Source: an uncultured Planctomycetota bacterium (GTDB lineage: Bacteria > Planctomycetota > Planctomycetia > Isosphaerales > Isosphaeraceae). From it: DNA of 64,000 nucleotides. The DNA lies in assembly GCA_963737655.1 (NCBI GenBank), contig CAVTTN010000002.1, positions 3,584,001 through 3,648,000 on the forward strand, read 5' to 3'. Made by a program: the position numbers and the translations under genes. Under the pieces are notes generated by a model. It made no database searches. It saw only the letters and a list, made by a program, of their open reading frames with translations, and was not told where the DNA came from. Shown here one piece after another: positions 9,492 to 20,266 of the stretch. Numbering within the stretch: the first letter of the stretch is position 1; each line of letters begins with the position of its first letter.

Positions 9492-10606
9492 GTGATCGAT
9501 TCCTCAAGTCTCGATCTTCTCAAGACCCTGGTCGAGCACGAGACGCCCAGCGGGGACAAGCCCGCGCTCGACGCGATGGCCGCGTCTCTGGCCGAACGGT
9601 TCCGGGCCCTCGGCGGCGAGGCGTCGCGAATCGCCAATCCCCGGGGCGGCGACCATCTGCGGGTCGTTTTCGGTCCGACCGCCCCCGCCTCGGCCCCTCC
9701 GATCCTGGTCCTCGGCCATTTTGATACCGTCTGGCCATCCGGGACCGTGGTGAAACGTCCGTTCCGGGTCGAGTCGGATCGAGCAAGCGGGCCCGGCGTT
9801 TACGACATGAAGGCCGGGATCGTGATCCTTCTCGAGGCGCTCCGAATCGTGGGTCCTCGGATCTATGCCTCACTTCCAAGGAGCCTGGAAATACTCCTGA
9901 CCTCGGACGAGGAAATCGGCAGTCCCGAATCCCGCCGATGGATCGAGGCCGCCGCGCGATCCGCGGCGATCGTTCTCGTCCTGGAGCCTCCGTTGCCGGG
10001 CGGGGCGTTGAAAACCGCCCGCAAAGGGGTCGGTCGATTCACGGTCCGGGCGATCGGCAAGGAGGCCCACGCGGGCGTGGAGCCGGAGAAGGGGGTCAAC
10101 GCGATCGAGGAGATGGCCCATCAGATCCTCATGCTCCGAAACGTCGCGAACCCGGAGGAGGGGACGACGCTGAACGTCGGCGTGATCGCGGGAGGGACGA
10201 CCCCGAACGTCGTCCCGGGGCAGGCGACGGCCGAGGTGGACGTCCGGGCCTCGTTTCGGGGCGAGGCGGATCGGGTCGAAAAGGCGATCCGGGACCTCCG
10301 GCCCGCCCTCCCTGGCGTGCGCATCGAGGTCTCGGGCGGGTTCAATCGGCCGCCGATGGAGAGGACTCAGGCCATCGCCTCGCTCTTCGAGAAGGCCGCG
10401 GCCATTGCTGCCACGCTCGGGATGCCGCTAGCCGAAGGCTCGACCGGCGGGGGCTCCGACGGCAACTTCACCGCGGCCCTCGGCGTGCCGACGCTCGACG
10501 GCCTGGGTGCCGATGGCGGGGCGCTCACGCCGAACATGAGCATATCCTGCTGGATTCGATCCCGAGACGAACCGAACTTCTCGCCGCATTGCTCGTCCGA
10601 TTGTGA
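9492..10606 (+). CDS. M20 family metallopeptidase (frameshift near 10520)
   Basis: GHFDTV, GVYDMKAG, DEEIGS, GGGSDGN; the expected GAHAEHEHI C-terminus lies in another frame ending at 10606. Confidence 0.85.
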
Positions 10607-10702
10607 TGCTCCTTCTCGAAAATTTCGACATGCATAAATACAAGGACTGCAATACATCGATTCGGTTCCCTTGACCGGCCCTTCCGGAGCGCACCCATCG
10701 CC

Positions 10703-11476
10703 ATGATTGACGGTGTGACCATCCGACCGGCCGAGAGTCCGGCCGATTATCTGGCGGTGCAGCAGGCCCAGAGGCGGGCCTGGGGGATCGTCGAATCGTC
10801 GTATGTCGTGCCGATCGCCACGATGGTCGGTGCGCAACTCCACGGCGGCCTGGTCCTGGGCGCGTTCCGGCCCGATGGCGAGGCGCTGGGCCTTTCGTTT
10901 GCGTTCCTGGGTCGATCGGAGGGCCGGCTGTGCCTCTATTCGCAGCTCACCGGGGTCGTCCCGGAAGCCCAGGGGCTCGGGATCGGCGGTCGGATGAAGG
11001 CCGCCCAGCGGTCGTTCGCCCGCGATCAGGGAATCCCGATCGTCGCCTGGGCGTTCGACCCCTTCCGCCTCCGCAATGCGCGGTTCAATCTGGATCGCCT
11101 TGGCGTCACGGTGGCGCGATATCTTGTAAATATGTACGGGCCTCGGACGGATGCCCTGAACGCCGGGCGGCCGACGGATCGCCTGATCGCCGAATGGCCC
11201 GCGTCCAATCCTCCGCCTCGGAGAGACTTCCCGGTCCTCGACGATTGGCGGAGCCTTCCCAGGCCGATCCTCGGGGGGCGGCCGGTCGGCGGGTTTTCGT
11301 TCGACGTGCCGAGGATGGTCCTGGAGATGCCGGCCGAGGAGGCGGATGCCGAAGGATGGCGAGAGGCCGTGCGTTTCGCGTTTAGCTCGGCATTCGCACG
11401 GGGGCATCGTGCGGTGGGCATCGTGGGCGATGGCGCCCCGGGGTCGGGCTATCTGCTCGAAAAAAGGCCGGGCTGA
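10703..11476 (+). CDS. GNAT-family acyl(succinyl)transferase
   Basis: LYSQLTGVVPEAQGLGIG acyl-CoA motif, WAFDP...NARFNL, PTDRL. Confidence 0.85.
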   Translation: MIDGVTIRPAESPADYLAVQQAQRRAWGIVESSYVVPIATMVGAQLHGGLVLGAFRPDGEALGLSFAFLGRSEGRLCLYSQLTGVVPEAQGLGIGGRMKAAQRSFARDQGIPIVAWAFDPFRLRNARFNLDRLGVTVARYLVNMYGPRTDALNAGRPTDRLIAEWPASNPPPRRDFPVLDDWRSLPRPILGGRPVGGFSFDVPRMVLEMPAEEADAEGWREAVRFAFSSAFARGHRAVGIVGDGAPGSGYLLEKRPG

Positions 11477-13140
11477 TCAGCGTCGCCCGAAGCAGACGAT
11501 CCCGATATCGTCGGTTTGAGGGGCCCCGGCGGCGTGCTCTCGGACGGTCTGGAGGATCGTTCGGACGATGGCCTCGGCTCCCGGGCCGGCGTTCTGGATC
11601 GTCCGAAGGAATCGATCGTTGCGGAACCGGCGATCCTCGGGGTCCATGGCGTCGGGGACGCCGTCGGTGTGGAGGACGACGAAATCGCCCCGATGGAGGG
11701 TGGCCTCGACGGCCGTATAGGTGGCGTCGTCGATCACCGCCAGGGGGGGGCCGAATTCGTCCTCGCCGATCGCCTCGATCCGGCCATTGGCCCGGCGGAT
11801 CACGGGCGTCATGTGGCCCGCGTTGACCAGGCGGAGCGTGTGGGCCTGCGTGTCAAGCTCGATCAGGGCAAAAGTGATGAATCGCTCGGGGAACCGGGCG
11901 TCGCTGAGCTGTCGATTCAACTTTTGCATCGCGAGGACGGGGTCGGACTCGGTCAGAAGGCAGGTACGGACCTCGCTGGCGAGCTTCGCGACCATCAGCG
12001 CGGCGGGCATGCCCTTGCCGGCCACGTCGCCGATGGCGAGGGTCAGGAACCTGGGGATGGGGGCGGCGGTCCGTTCCGGGAAGTAGTCGTAGTAGTCGCC
12101 GCCGACCTTGTCGGCCGGCTCGTAGGCGTCGAAAAACTCGTAGCCCGGCACCTCCGGCCGATGTTCGGGGAGGAGGGCGAGCTGGACCGACCGGGCGTTC
12201 TGGAGGCTGGCCTCGATCACGGTCAATCGGACGAGGTCTTCGTGGAGACGGGAGTTCTCGACGGCCAGGCCAACCGGGCCGGCGATCGCGCCGAGGAGGT
12301 CGAGGTCTTCCTGGCTGAACCGGCTCATCTGGTCGCGGGTGTCGATCTGGATCATGCCGACCGGCCGGCGATCGGCGTCCATCAGGGGGCGCACATCATC
12401 GTGCGGATCTCGGCGCCGGAGATGCTCTCGCTGTCCTTGAACCGGGAGTCGCTGGAGAGGTTGGTGCTGAGGATCGCCTGGCCCTGCTCCATCACGTGAG
12501 AAAAGATGGTGTTGGAGAGGCTCCTCGGGCCGCCGTCGTCCTTGCGGGACCGCACGGCCAGGGGGACGAGCGGGGTCCCCGAGGGTCCCTTCATCAGGAC
12601 GAACCCGCGGTCGGCCTGGGGGAAGATCCGGAACAGGCTGATGAGCGTGCGGTCCAGGACGTCGCGAAGCTGCAACGACGCGCCGATGTCCCGGCTGATC
12701 TCCAGGACCGCCTGGAGCTTGTCCTCGGCCTTCATCTTCGGCCCGAAGACGCTCGAGCCGGCCATGGTGATCGAGCCGAGGATCTTGGACGAGGATTCGT
12801 CGTCGCTCTCCAGGGTGATCGGCGAGTTCAGCGGCCCCGGGGCGCGGAAGGCCAGGGTGAAGTCGCAAATCTTGATCCGGTCGCCGTCCAGGAGCCGACG
12901 GGGGGTCTTGTGAGGCAGGAGGACGCCGTTCACATAGGTCCGGTTCAGGCTCGAATCGTCCTCGATCAGGAAGCCCAGGGGGTCCGGGCGGATCTCGGCA
13001 TGGTGCTTCGAGACGCGGTAGTCCGACAGGACGACCTGGCACTCCTTGCCCCGGCCGAGGATCGTCTTCCCCCCGTCGAGGGAGAATTCCTGGCCGCCGA
13101 CGAGCTTCAGGCTCGGCTTCCGTTCCCCTTCGGAAGACAT
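11477..13140 (-). CDS. FHA-GAF-PP2C (SpoIIE) Ser/Thr phosphatase (frameshift near 12388)
   Basis: FHA GR...SKHHA...SLNRTYVNG; GAF region; VGGDYYD, GDVAGKG, HTDG, TDDI; split over two frames. Confidence 0.88.
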
Positions 13141-13336
13141 GGTCCGGCCTCCTCGACGCTGGCCCGGGACGGTCCCCCTCCGCGTTCCGCACGGAGGGCG
13201 GGCCGAACTCCATTGTGACGGCCGGGGCCGGTCCACCCAAGCGGTTTTTTCAACCTCGGGGCGGAAATCCGGTCTCGGACCTCCGGGACAGGAGCGCAGG
13301 TGGACGGAATCGAACGAATCCGACGGCCCGGAACGC

Positions 13337-14676
13337 TTAGATGAACTCCCGGATCGCCGATCCCTTATCGACCAGGCGAATCGGCTGGCCGTCGGGCGTC
13401 TCGAACTTCGTCGCGGGGTCGATCCCCAGGAGGGTATAGATCGTGGCGGCGAGGTCGGCCGGGGTGATCGGGCGCTCGACCGGGGAATCCCCTCGCGGGT
13501 CGGTCCGGCCCAGGACGAGCCCTCCGGGCGTCCCGGCACCGGCCACGATCACGCTGTTGGCCCGTCCGTGGTGGTCGCGGCCGGCGTTGGGATTGATCTT
13601 CGGCGTCCGGCCGAACTCCCCCATGCAGACCACCAGGGTCGAATCCAGCAATCCCCGCTCGGCCAGGTCGGCCAGGAGGACCGAGAGGCCCTGGTCGATC
13701 GGCGGGGCCAGGGTATTCTTGATGGTGGGGAAGTTCTGCTGGTGGGTATCCCAGCCGGCCGGACCGGCCCCCCGGTCATTGATCGTGACGAACGGAACGC
13801 CCCTCTCGACGAGCCTCCGGGCGAGGAGGCAGGCCTGGCCGACCGGGTTCCGGCCGAAGCGGTCGCGGACCTCCGCCGGCTCGGTCTCGATCCGGAACGC
13901 GGCCTGGGCCTCGCCCGAGGTCAGCAGGTCGTAGGCCTTGTCGATGAACTGGTCTCGGCTGGTCGTCAGGGGGGTCTCGCTCAGGTCGTGGGTGAAGCCG
14001 TCGAGCGAGCGGATCATCGACCGTCGGCGCCGAAGCCGTTCGAGGGTCAGGCGATCGGGCGGGGTGAGGTCCCGGACGCGGAACCCGGCGCCGTTGGGAT
14101 CACCGCCGACGGCGAACGGATCGTACGCCGGGGTCAGGTAGCCGCCGCCGGAGAAGGCCGGGGCCTCGGGCACCGCGACATACGGCGGGAGGACCGAATT
14201 GGCCCCGAAGCCGATCGCCTTGGCCACGGCGCTGCCGAAGCTCGGGTAGACCAGGGCCGGGCTGGGCCGATACCCGGTCTGGAGGTGGTGCGAGGCCCGG
14301 CCGTGGTCGGCCTCGGGCGAAGTCATGGACCGGATCAGGGCGAGTTGATGCATCGAGGCCGCCAGCCTCGGCAGGACCTCGGAGATCGTCACGCCCGGGA
14401 CGCTCGTGGCGATCGGCTTGAACTCGCCCCGGACGTCGGCGGGCGCCTCGGGCTTGGGGTCGAAGGTGTCGATGTGGACGGCCCGCCCTCCTGCCAGATC
14501 AGGATGCAGCTCTTGGCCCGAGGGGCGATTTTCAGGCCGGTGGAGGGGTCGGAGGCCAGGGAACGGCCCCGGAGGAGGTCGGCCAGGCCGAGCCCGAAGG
14601 CGCTCAGGGCACCGACCCGGAGGGCTTCCCGGCGGCTGGGTCCGCGGCACGGCCGATCGCTCATCGGGGGAGTCAT
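13337..14676 (-). CDS. DUF1501 protein (frameshift near 14480)
   Basis: SRREAL leader, GG(PS)HIDTFDPKP, WDTH, GEFGRTP, GRDHH. Confidence 0.88.
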
Positions 14677-14701
14677 GGCGAGGCTCCTTCGGGCTTCTGG
14701 G

Positions 14702-17262
14702 TCAGTGATTGAATGCGAACTCTCGGGAATTGAGCAGGGCCCAGAACAGGTCCTCGGCGGCGTCCCGGAACGAGGACGCGGACTTCAGCTCGGCCGACCA
14801 GTGCGAGAGCTCCTCGGACGTCGGCGGCCGGCAGAGGGCCTTCATGTACAGGAGTTCCACCAGGTCGCCCGGCTCGGGGTTCTCGACCAGGAGGTTCGAG
14901 AGGTAGCCGTTGAGGCCCGGTGACCTTGCTGTCGACCACGTCGCCGCCGATCAGCAGGAGGGCCTGGCGGAGGCTGAGCGACGGCGTGGCCGCCGGGGAG
15001 CAGGAGTTGGTCCTCGGACACCGGCCGAACGTGTCCAGCAGGACGCTCGGCACGCTCGGGTCGAAGACCTCGATCGCCTTCCTCTTGCCAAGCTGGCCGA
15101 AGCGAAGCTCGGAGCCGGTCACCGTGGCCAGGGCGTCGGCCATCTGGTGGGCCGTCAGCGGGCGGGGCAGGTGGTGCGAGAAGAAGCGGGTATCCCCGGC
15201 GTTCCCCGGCAAGGTCGCCGAGGAGAGGCCATACGCCTCGCTCGTCACGATCGTTCGGATCAGGTCGCGAACGTCGTACTTGTGCTCGACGAAGTGCCTG
15301 GCCAGCGCGTCGAGCAGCTCGGGGTGAACGGGTGGGTTCGCCGGGCTGAGGTCGTCGGCCGGCTCGGCCAGTCCTCGGCCCGAAGAACTGGGCCCAGGCC
15401 CAGTTGACCGTGGCGCGGGCGAAATACGGATTCTCGGGCCGGGTCATCCAGTCGGCCAGGGCCTTTCGCGGGTCTTCGTCCTTGGAAACCTTGACCGGAG
15501 AACCGTCCAGGAGCCTCATCTCGGCCGGCTTCTTGGTTCGGAGGTGCTCGACCGTGCCGTCGGGCAAGACGCCGATCTTCAATCGGCCCATCATCGCCCC
15601 GGCGGGCTGGTTGCGGTAGTTCCCCGAGGGCCCGACCTTGGCGAAGATCGCCGCCAGGCCGAAATAGTCGTCCTGGGTCCAGACATCAAACGGATGGTCA
15701 TGGCACTGGGCACAGCGGAGCCGGAGGCCGAGGAACCTCTGGGCCGTCTGCTCGGCGGCGACCTTCGGATCATACATGCCGTCGGCCGCGTAGTTCACCG
15801 GGCCGCCGGTCGCCTTGTCGTACGGGTCGCCCAGCGAGGTCAGGAGCTCGCGGACGACCTGGTCCCACGGCGTATTCTGCTCCAGGCGATGCTTCATCCA
15901 GACCTTGTAGGGGTCCGACCCGTTACCGAACCGGGCCTGGCTGATCTGGAGGAGGTCGCCGAGCTTGATCTCCCAGAACGAGACGAAATCGGCGCTCTTG
16001 AGGAGCTCCTCGACCTTCTTCTCCCTCTTATCGGGGTCTGTATCCTTGAGGAATTCGCGGACCTGCCAGGAATCGGGCTGCTGGGCGGTCAGGTCGAGCG
16101 TGACCCGGCGGAGCCAGGCGGCATCGTTGGCCGGAGGGCTGGGCGGCACCTTGAGCGATTCCAGCCTCTTGAACAGCTCGACGTCGATCACGTTCCGCCG
16201 GGGCAGCTTGGCGAAGTCGAACGCCAGGGCGGGGTTGATGATCGTGGCCAGGCGGGTGGCGACGACCTCCGAGCCGTACCGGACGATCAGATCCGCCTCG
16301 GCCCGACGGAGCAACCGCGCCGACCCTTCGGGCGAGACCTCGACGGCCGAGTCGTCGTTGACCTTGAACGAGGCGAGCCGGGTCACGTCGCGAGTCCGGC
16401 CGTCGGAGAACGTCGCCACGACCCGAAGTTGCCTCGGGCCAGGGGCATCGAGCCGGGAATCGGCCGGTTCGACCAAGAGCTTGGTCAGTTTCCTCGGCTC
16501 CAGGCCCTTCCTCTCCGGCGCGCCGTCGGCGATCCAGCGGAGGAGGACCCGGTGGGCGTCCGTCCCGGAGACGATTCGCTGGCCGCCTCCGTGGGGGGTC
16601 CGGCCCGTCGCCTTCCTCATCAGGAGGCTTTCCTCGGGGTCGAATCGGAGGAGCCGCCGCCCGCCGGCCTCCCGGACGATCGCCTGATAGTCCCCCTCGG
16701 GATCGTAGCCGAACAGCGAGAGGTGGAAGCCGTTCTGGCCGTCGGCCTTGCCGTGGCAGCCGCCGGTGTTGCAACCCGCTCGGGTCAGAAGCGGCACGAT
16801 ATCGGTCGCGAAATCCCAGGAACGCCCCGCGGCCGGCTCGGGCTGGACCTGGACTTCCGCCCGGATGACCTCGTCGCCGATCTTGCCTTCGATCGTGGCC
16901 TTCCCCGGGCCAATCGGCCGGAAATAGCCGTTGGAGACCGGAACCAGAATTCCCGGAGGCTCGACGGTCCAGGCCGCATCGCCCGTGACGTCGCGGACGC
17001 CTCCGCCGGGCCCCTTCCCTTCGACCAGAAGCTGCAAGCCGGGATCGCCCGGGTCCAGGCTGGCCGTCGCCGGGATCACGCGAAAGGCAGGCTCCTTCGG
17101 GCGTGCCGGCGCGGGCGGCGGCGGTTCCGGCCGTCGGGCAACCTCCGGCTTCGGCCCCGAAGCGGCGGGCTTGGGCGTCGCGGTCTTCGTCGCGCCGCCT
17201 CCGCAGCCCGCCAGGAATGCCAGGACTAGCGGCAGGCCGCCCTTCGCGATTCGCCGTCTCAT
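14702..17262 (-). CDS. Lipoprotein with Ig-like, DUF1549 and DUF1553 domains (frameshifts near 15380 and 14920)
   Basis: LAGC lipobox, CNTGGCH, CAQCHDHPF, FGRCPR, C-terminal LNSREFAFNH. Confidence 0.85.
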
Positions 17263-17408
17263 CGAACGCCCCTTCCGCGAGCCCAACGGCCCGGCACCGG
17301 CGACCCCGATCGACGTCCCTAATCCTAAAACACTAGGATTCCCGACGCAAGCGAATAATCCCCGACGGCGGACGATTTTTCGACGATTGTAGGGCCGCCG
17401 CCGCCTCC

Positions 17409-17453
17409 TTGACGGAGGCCGGAATCGGGGTAAGATTTCTGGAGAGACTGAAA
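17409..17453 (+). promoter_or_regulatory. Putative promoter with overlapping palindromic operator
   Basis: TTGACG-16 nt-TAAGAT followed by imperfect palindrome TTTCTGGAGAGACTGAAA. Confidence 0.45.
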
Positions 17454-17477
17454 GGACCGTTAGAGCGGAACAAACCC

Positions 17478-18026
17478 GTGGAACTGACGCACGCGGCCCA
17501 GAAATTCGTGCTGCACTGGGGCGAGATGGGGCAGGCCTGGGGGATCAACCGGACCATGGCGCAGGTCCACGCGCTCCTGTTCGTGGCGCCGGAGGCCCTG
17601 GACGCCGAGGAGATCAGCCGCCTTCTGGACGTGAGTCGGTCGAACGTCTCTACCAGTCTTCGCGAGCTGATCACCTGGGGCGTGGTCCGCCGGGTCCACA
17701 TCATCGGCGACCGCCGCGACCGTTTCGAGGCGCTCAAGGACGTCATGGAGACGTTCCGCGTGATCATGGCCGAGCGAAAACGCCGGGAGATGGACCCGAC
17801 CATCGCCCTCCTGGAACATTGCGTCCAGGAGGCCAGGGCCGGGGGCGCCACCGAGGATTACACCCGCGAACAGCTCGAGAAGATGCTGGAATTCGTCAGG
17901 ATGGTGACCGTCTGGTACAGCCAGATCGACCACCTGTCCACGCCCGCGCTCCAGAGGCTGTTTCGAGGGGGCGCGAAGCTCGCCAAGCTGTTCGGCCTGA
18001 CCGGTTCGCCCGAAACGGTGGCGTGA
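17478..18026 (+). CDS. GbsR/MarR-like wHTH transcriptional regulator
   Basis: FVLHWGEMGQAWGINRTMAQVHALL, SRSNVSTSLREL, GDRRDRF. Confidence 0.9.
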   Translation: MELTHAAQKFVLHWGEMGQAWGINRTMAQVHALLFVAPEALDAEEISRLLDVSRSNVSTSLRELITWGVVRRVHIIGDRRDRFEALKDVMETFRVIMAERKRREMDPTIALLEHCVQEARAGGATEDYTREQLEKMLEFVRMVTVWYSQIDHLSTPALQRLFRGGAKLAKLFGLTGSPETVA

Positions 18027-18040
18027 GGTCCGGCAGGGAT

Positions 18041-18082
18041 GTCCGTGTTTCGCGTCGCCCATCGACCACGCGAAACACGGAC
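18041..18082. terminator. 15-bp stem-loop between convergent genes
   Basis: gtccgtgtttcgcgt...acgcgaaacacggac. Confidence 0.55.
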
Positions 18083-18103
18083 GACCGCATGGGATCGGCC
18101 ATC

Positions 18104-20266
18104 CTAGAACGGCGCACGGCCACCGGCGCCCTTGGGGGCTGGGGCCTTCTTCTGGGCACCGCCGCCTTGCCCCTTCGGGGCCGCGCCCTCGGATTTCGAC
18201 TCCCCTCCGCCTCCCGAGGGTGCCCCGCCGGTGGGACGGGCGGTCAGATGGAATGAGCCGAAGAAATCGGTGGCGGTCTTCTCGCGCAACCAGGCCTTCG
18301 GGCCATAGAACGAAATCGTGTAGATGCGAGCATTCAGCTCGACCGTTCGAAGCAGGAGCCCGTTGGCGCCCTGGCCTCCCTGGCCGGCGACTTCGAACTC
18401 GATCTCGCGGCCATCCCGACCGTCGATCGTGATCGGCGTCTCCTTGACGACCTTCGAGCCCGGCACGGTGGCCAGGGCCCGGGTCCGCTCGCCGTCGAAG
18501 GCCTTGGGCCGTTCCTCGTCCGTCATCGCGATGGGATAGGTCCAGTACTCGGCGGAGAAGACGCCCTTGGTCGGATCGGTCAGGCGGTAGATCTTGATCT
18601 CGCTCGCTCCGTCGGCGGCCTTGGCGGTGGACTGGCCGGGCAGGCCCGGGAAGACGATCTGGAAGCCGGCCCCGAGCGGGGCGACCTCGGTGATCGCGCC
18701 TCCTCCGGCCGACGTCCCCCCGCCAATCTTCAGAGGGGGCGCCTTGGGCAGCGCCTTGGTCGCGTTCCTGTCGGCGTTGGCCTGGACGATGTGACGCTGA
18801 TAGGCGTCGTCGAAGCTGGCGAATTCATCGTCGTTGAGATAGCTATCGATCAGCGCCTTGGTGTCGCCGATCAGCCGCTGATAGGTCCCGGTCCGGATGG
18901 CCTTGCCCCGGTTCTTCGACTGCTCGCTGTTGAGCGACTCGTCCAGCCGGGTGACCCGGGACTCGAGGTCGGCCTTGGAGGGGAGGCGGCGGAACTCGTC
19001 CATGTACTGCTTGGCCTCGTCCCAGTTCTCTCCCTCGATCCTCGCCTTGATCTTCGACTCCAGGCGGCGGCGGATGGCGATCATGTCCACGATCTCGTCG
19101 CGGATCGCGTTGATCTCGCTCTCGATGGTGACCGTGGGCGACTTCAGATCCACGCCGATGGTCCGCTCCTCGACCTGGATGCCGGGCATCAGGGGGAATT
19201 CGGTCAGGGGTTCGATGTCGGCGGCGAGCAGGCGGGCCAGCAGGAGGCCCTCGCCGTAATTCGGCTCCAGGACGATCCGGCCCTCGCGGTCAGTCGCACC
19301 GGCCTCTCTCGGGCTGCCTCCGCTGACGGGCCGGGTGATCAGCTTGTAACCGGAGGCGGGGATGTGTTCCTTGTTCGCCCCGACGGTCACGAACCGGAGG
19401 CGGGTCGGGATCGAGGCCGGCTTCAGCCCGATGGCGACGGCCCGGAATCGTCCGATGATCTTCTTGGTGAAAGGCTCGGCCAGGGCCGTCGTGATGGAGC
19501 AGGTGGCGATGCCCCCCTCGATGCTCTCGGCCCGGCAGAACGTGTTGTTGATGATGTCGATTCGATTGATCGAGCCATCAGGCTTGTAGTAGATCCGCAT
19601 CGGGCGGAACATGGCACCGACGGGGGCGACCGCGCCGAGGGGATCGGCCGAGGGGATCATCGATCCCTGGACCTTGAGCTTGACCTCCTGGGACATCGCG
19701 TCGCCGATCTCGGCCACGGGGGCGAAGACGTCCAGGCAGAGGCGGAGCAGGGCCCGGGGGGCGTCGGCCGGCACTTTCGCCTCTCGGCGGCACAGCAGGC
19801 CGATTCGCTCGGTGGTGGCGTCGTACTCGCGGGCCGCGAAGCTCAGGCCGGCCCCATCGGGCTCGACGCGGATCATCCACGCCTTGTCGAACCCCTTGAC
19901 CAGCGGCAGGACGTCCTTCGGCTGGATCTCCTCCAGGTCCTTGGTCGCCAGCGGGCCTTCGCCCTCGGCGATTTCGAGCTGCCACGGGGCGCCGACGAAC
20001 CGGCCCACCATCACCTTCCAGCCGGCGATCATCGATTCGCGGCCCCGGGGATCGACCCGGGCCCGCGAATCGATCGACAGCCAGGCGCGGATCTTGTACG
20101 GCCGCAATTCGAACGGGACTTCGGCCGAGGCCGTCTCGCGGGGCGACGCCGGGGCGGCGGGCGCCGGAGGCGTCTGGGGAGGGGCGGGCTTGGTCGAATC
20201 GTCGGCCCCGGGCGCCGGCCCGAGCGCGGCGAAGGCCAGGACCGCCCCGAGCGTCAAGCTCACCAC
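18104..20266 (-). CDS. Secreted hypothetical protein with helical segment and C-terminal PsbP-like domain
   Basis: GTG overlapping the upstream stop, signal peptide, C-terminal GFQIVFPG...DGRDGREIEF...FFGSF. Confidence 0.7.
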   Translation of the reverse strand: MVSLTLGAVLAFAALGPAPGADDSTKPAPPQTPPAPAAPASPRETASAEVPFELRPYKIRAWLSIDSRARVDPRGRESMIAGWKVMVGRFVGAPWQLEIAEGEGPLATKDLEEIQPKDVLPLVKGFDKAWMIRVEPDGAGLSFAAREYDATTERIGLLCRREAKVPADAPRALLRLCLDVFAPVAEIGDAMSQEVKLKVQGSMIPSADPLGAVAPVGAMFRPMRIYYKPDGSINRIDIINNTFCRAESIEGGIATCSITTALAEPFTKKIIGRFRAVAIGLKPASIPTRLRFVTVGANKEHIPASGYKLITRPVSGGSPREAGATDREGRIVLEPNYGEGLLLARLLAADIEPLTEFPLMPGIQVEERTIGVDLKSPTVTIESEINAIRDEIVDMIAIRRRLESKIKARIEGENWDEAKQYMDEFRRLPSKADLESRVTRLDESLNSEQSKNRGKAIRTGTYQRLIGDTKALIDSYLNDDEFASFDDAYQRHIVQANADRNATKALPKAPPLKIGGGTSAGGGAITEVAPLGAGFQIVFPGLPGQSTAKAADGASEIKIYRLTDPTKGVFSAEYWTYPIAMTDEERPKAFDGERTRALATVPGSKVVKETPITIDGRDGREIEFEVAGQGGQGANGLLLRTVELNARIYTISFYGPKAWLREKTATDFFGSFHLTARPTGGAPSGGGGESKSEGAAPKGQGGGAQKKAPAPKGAGGRAPF

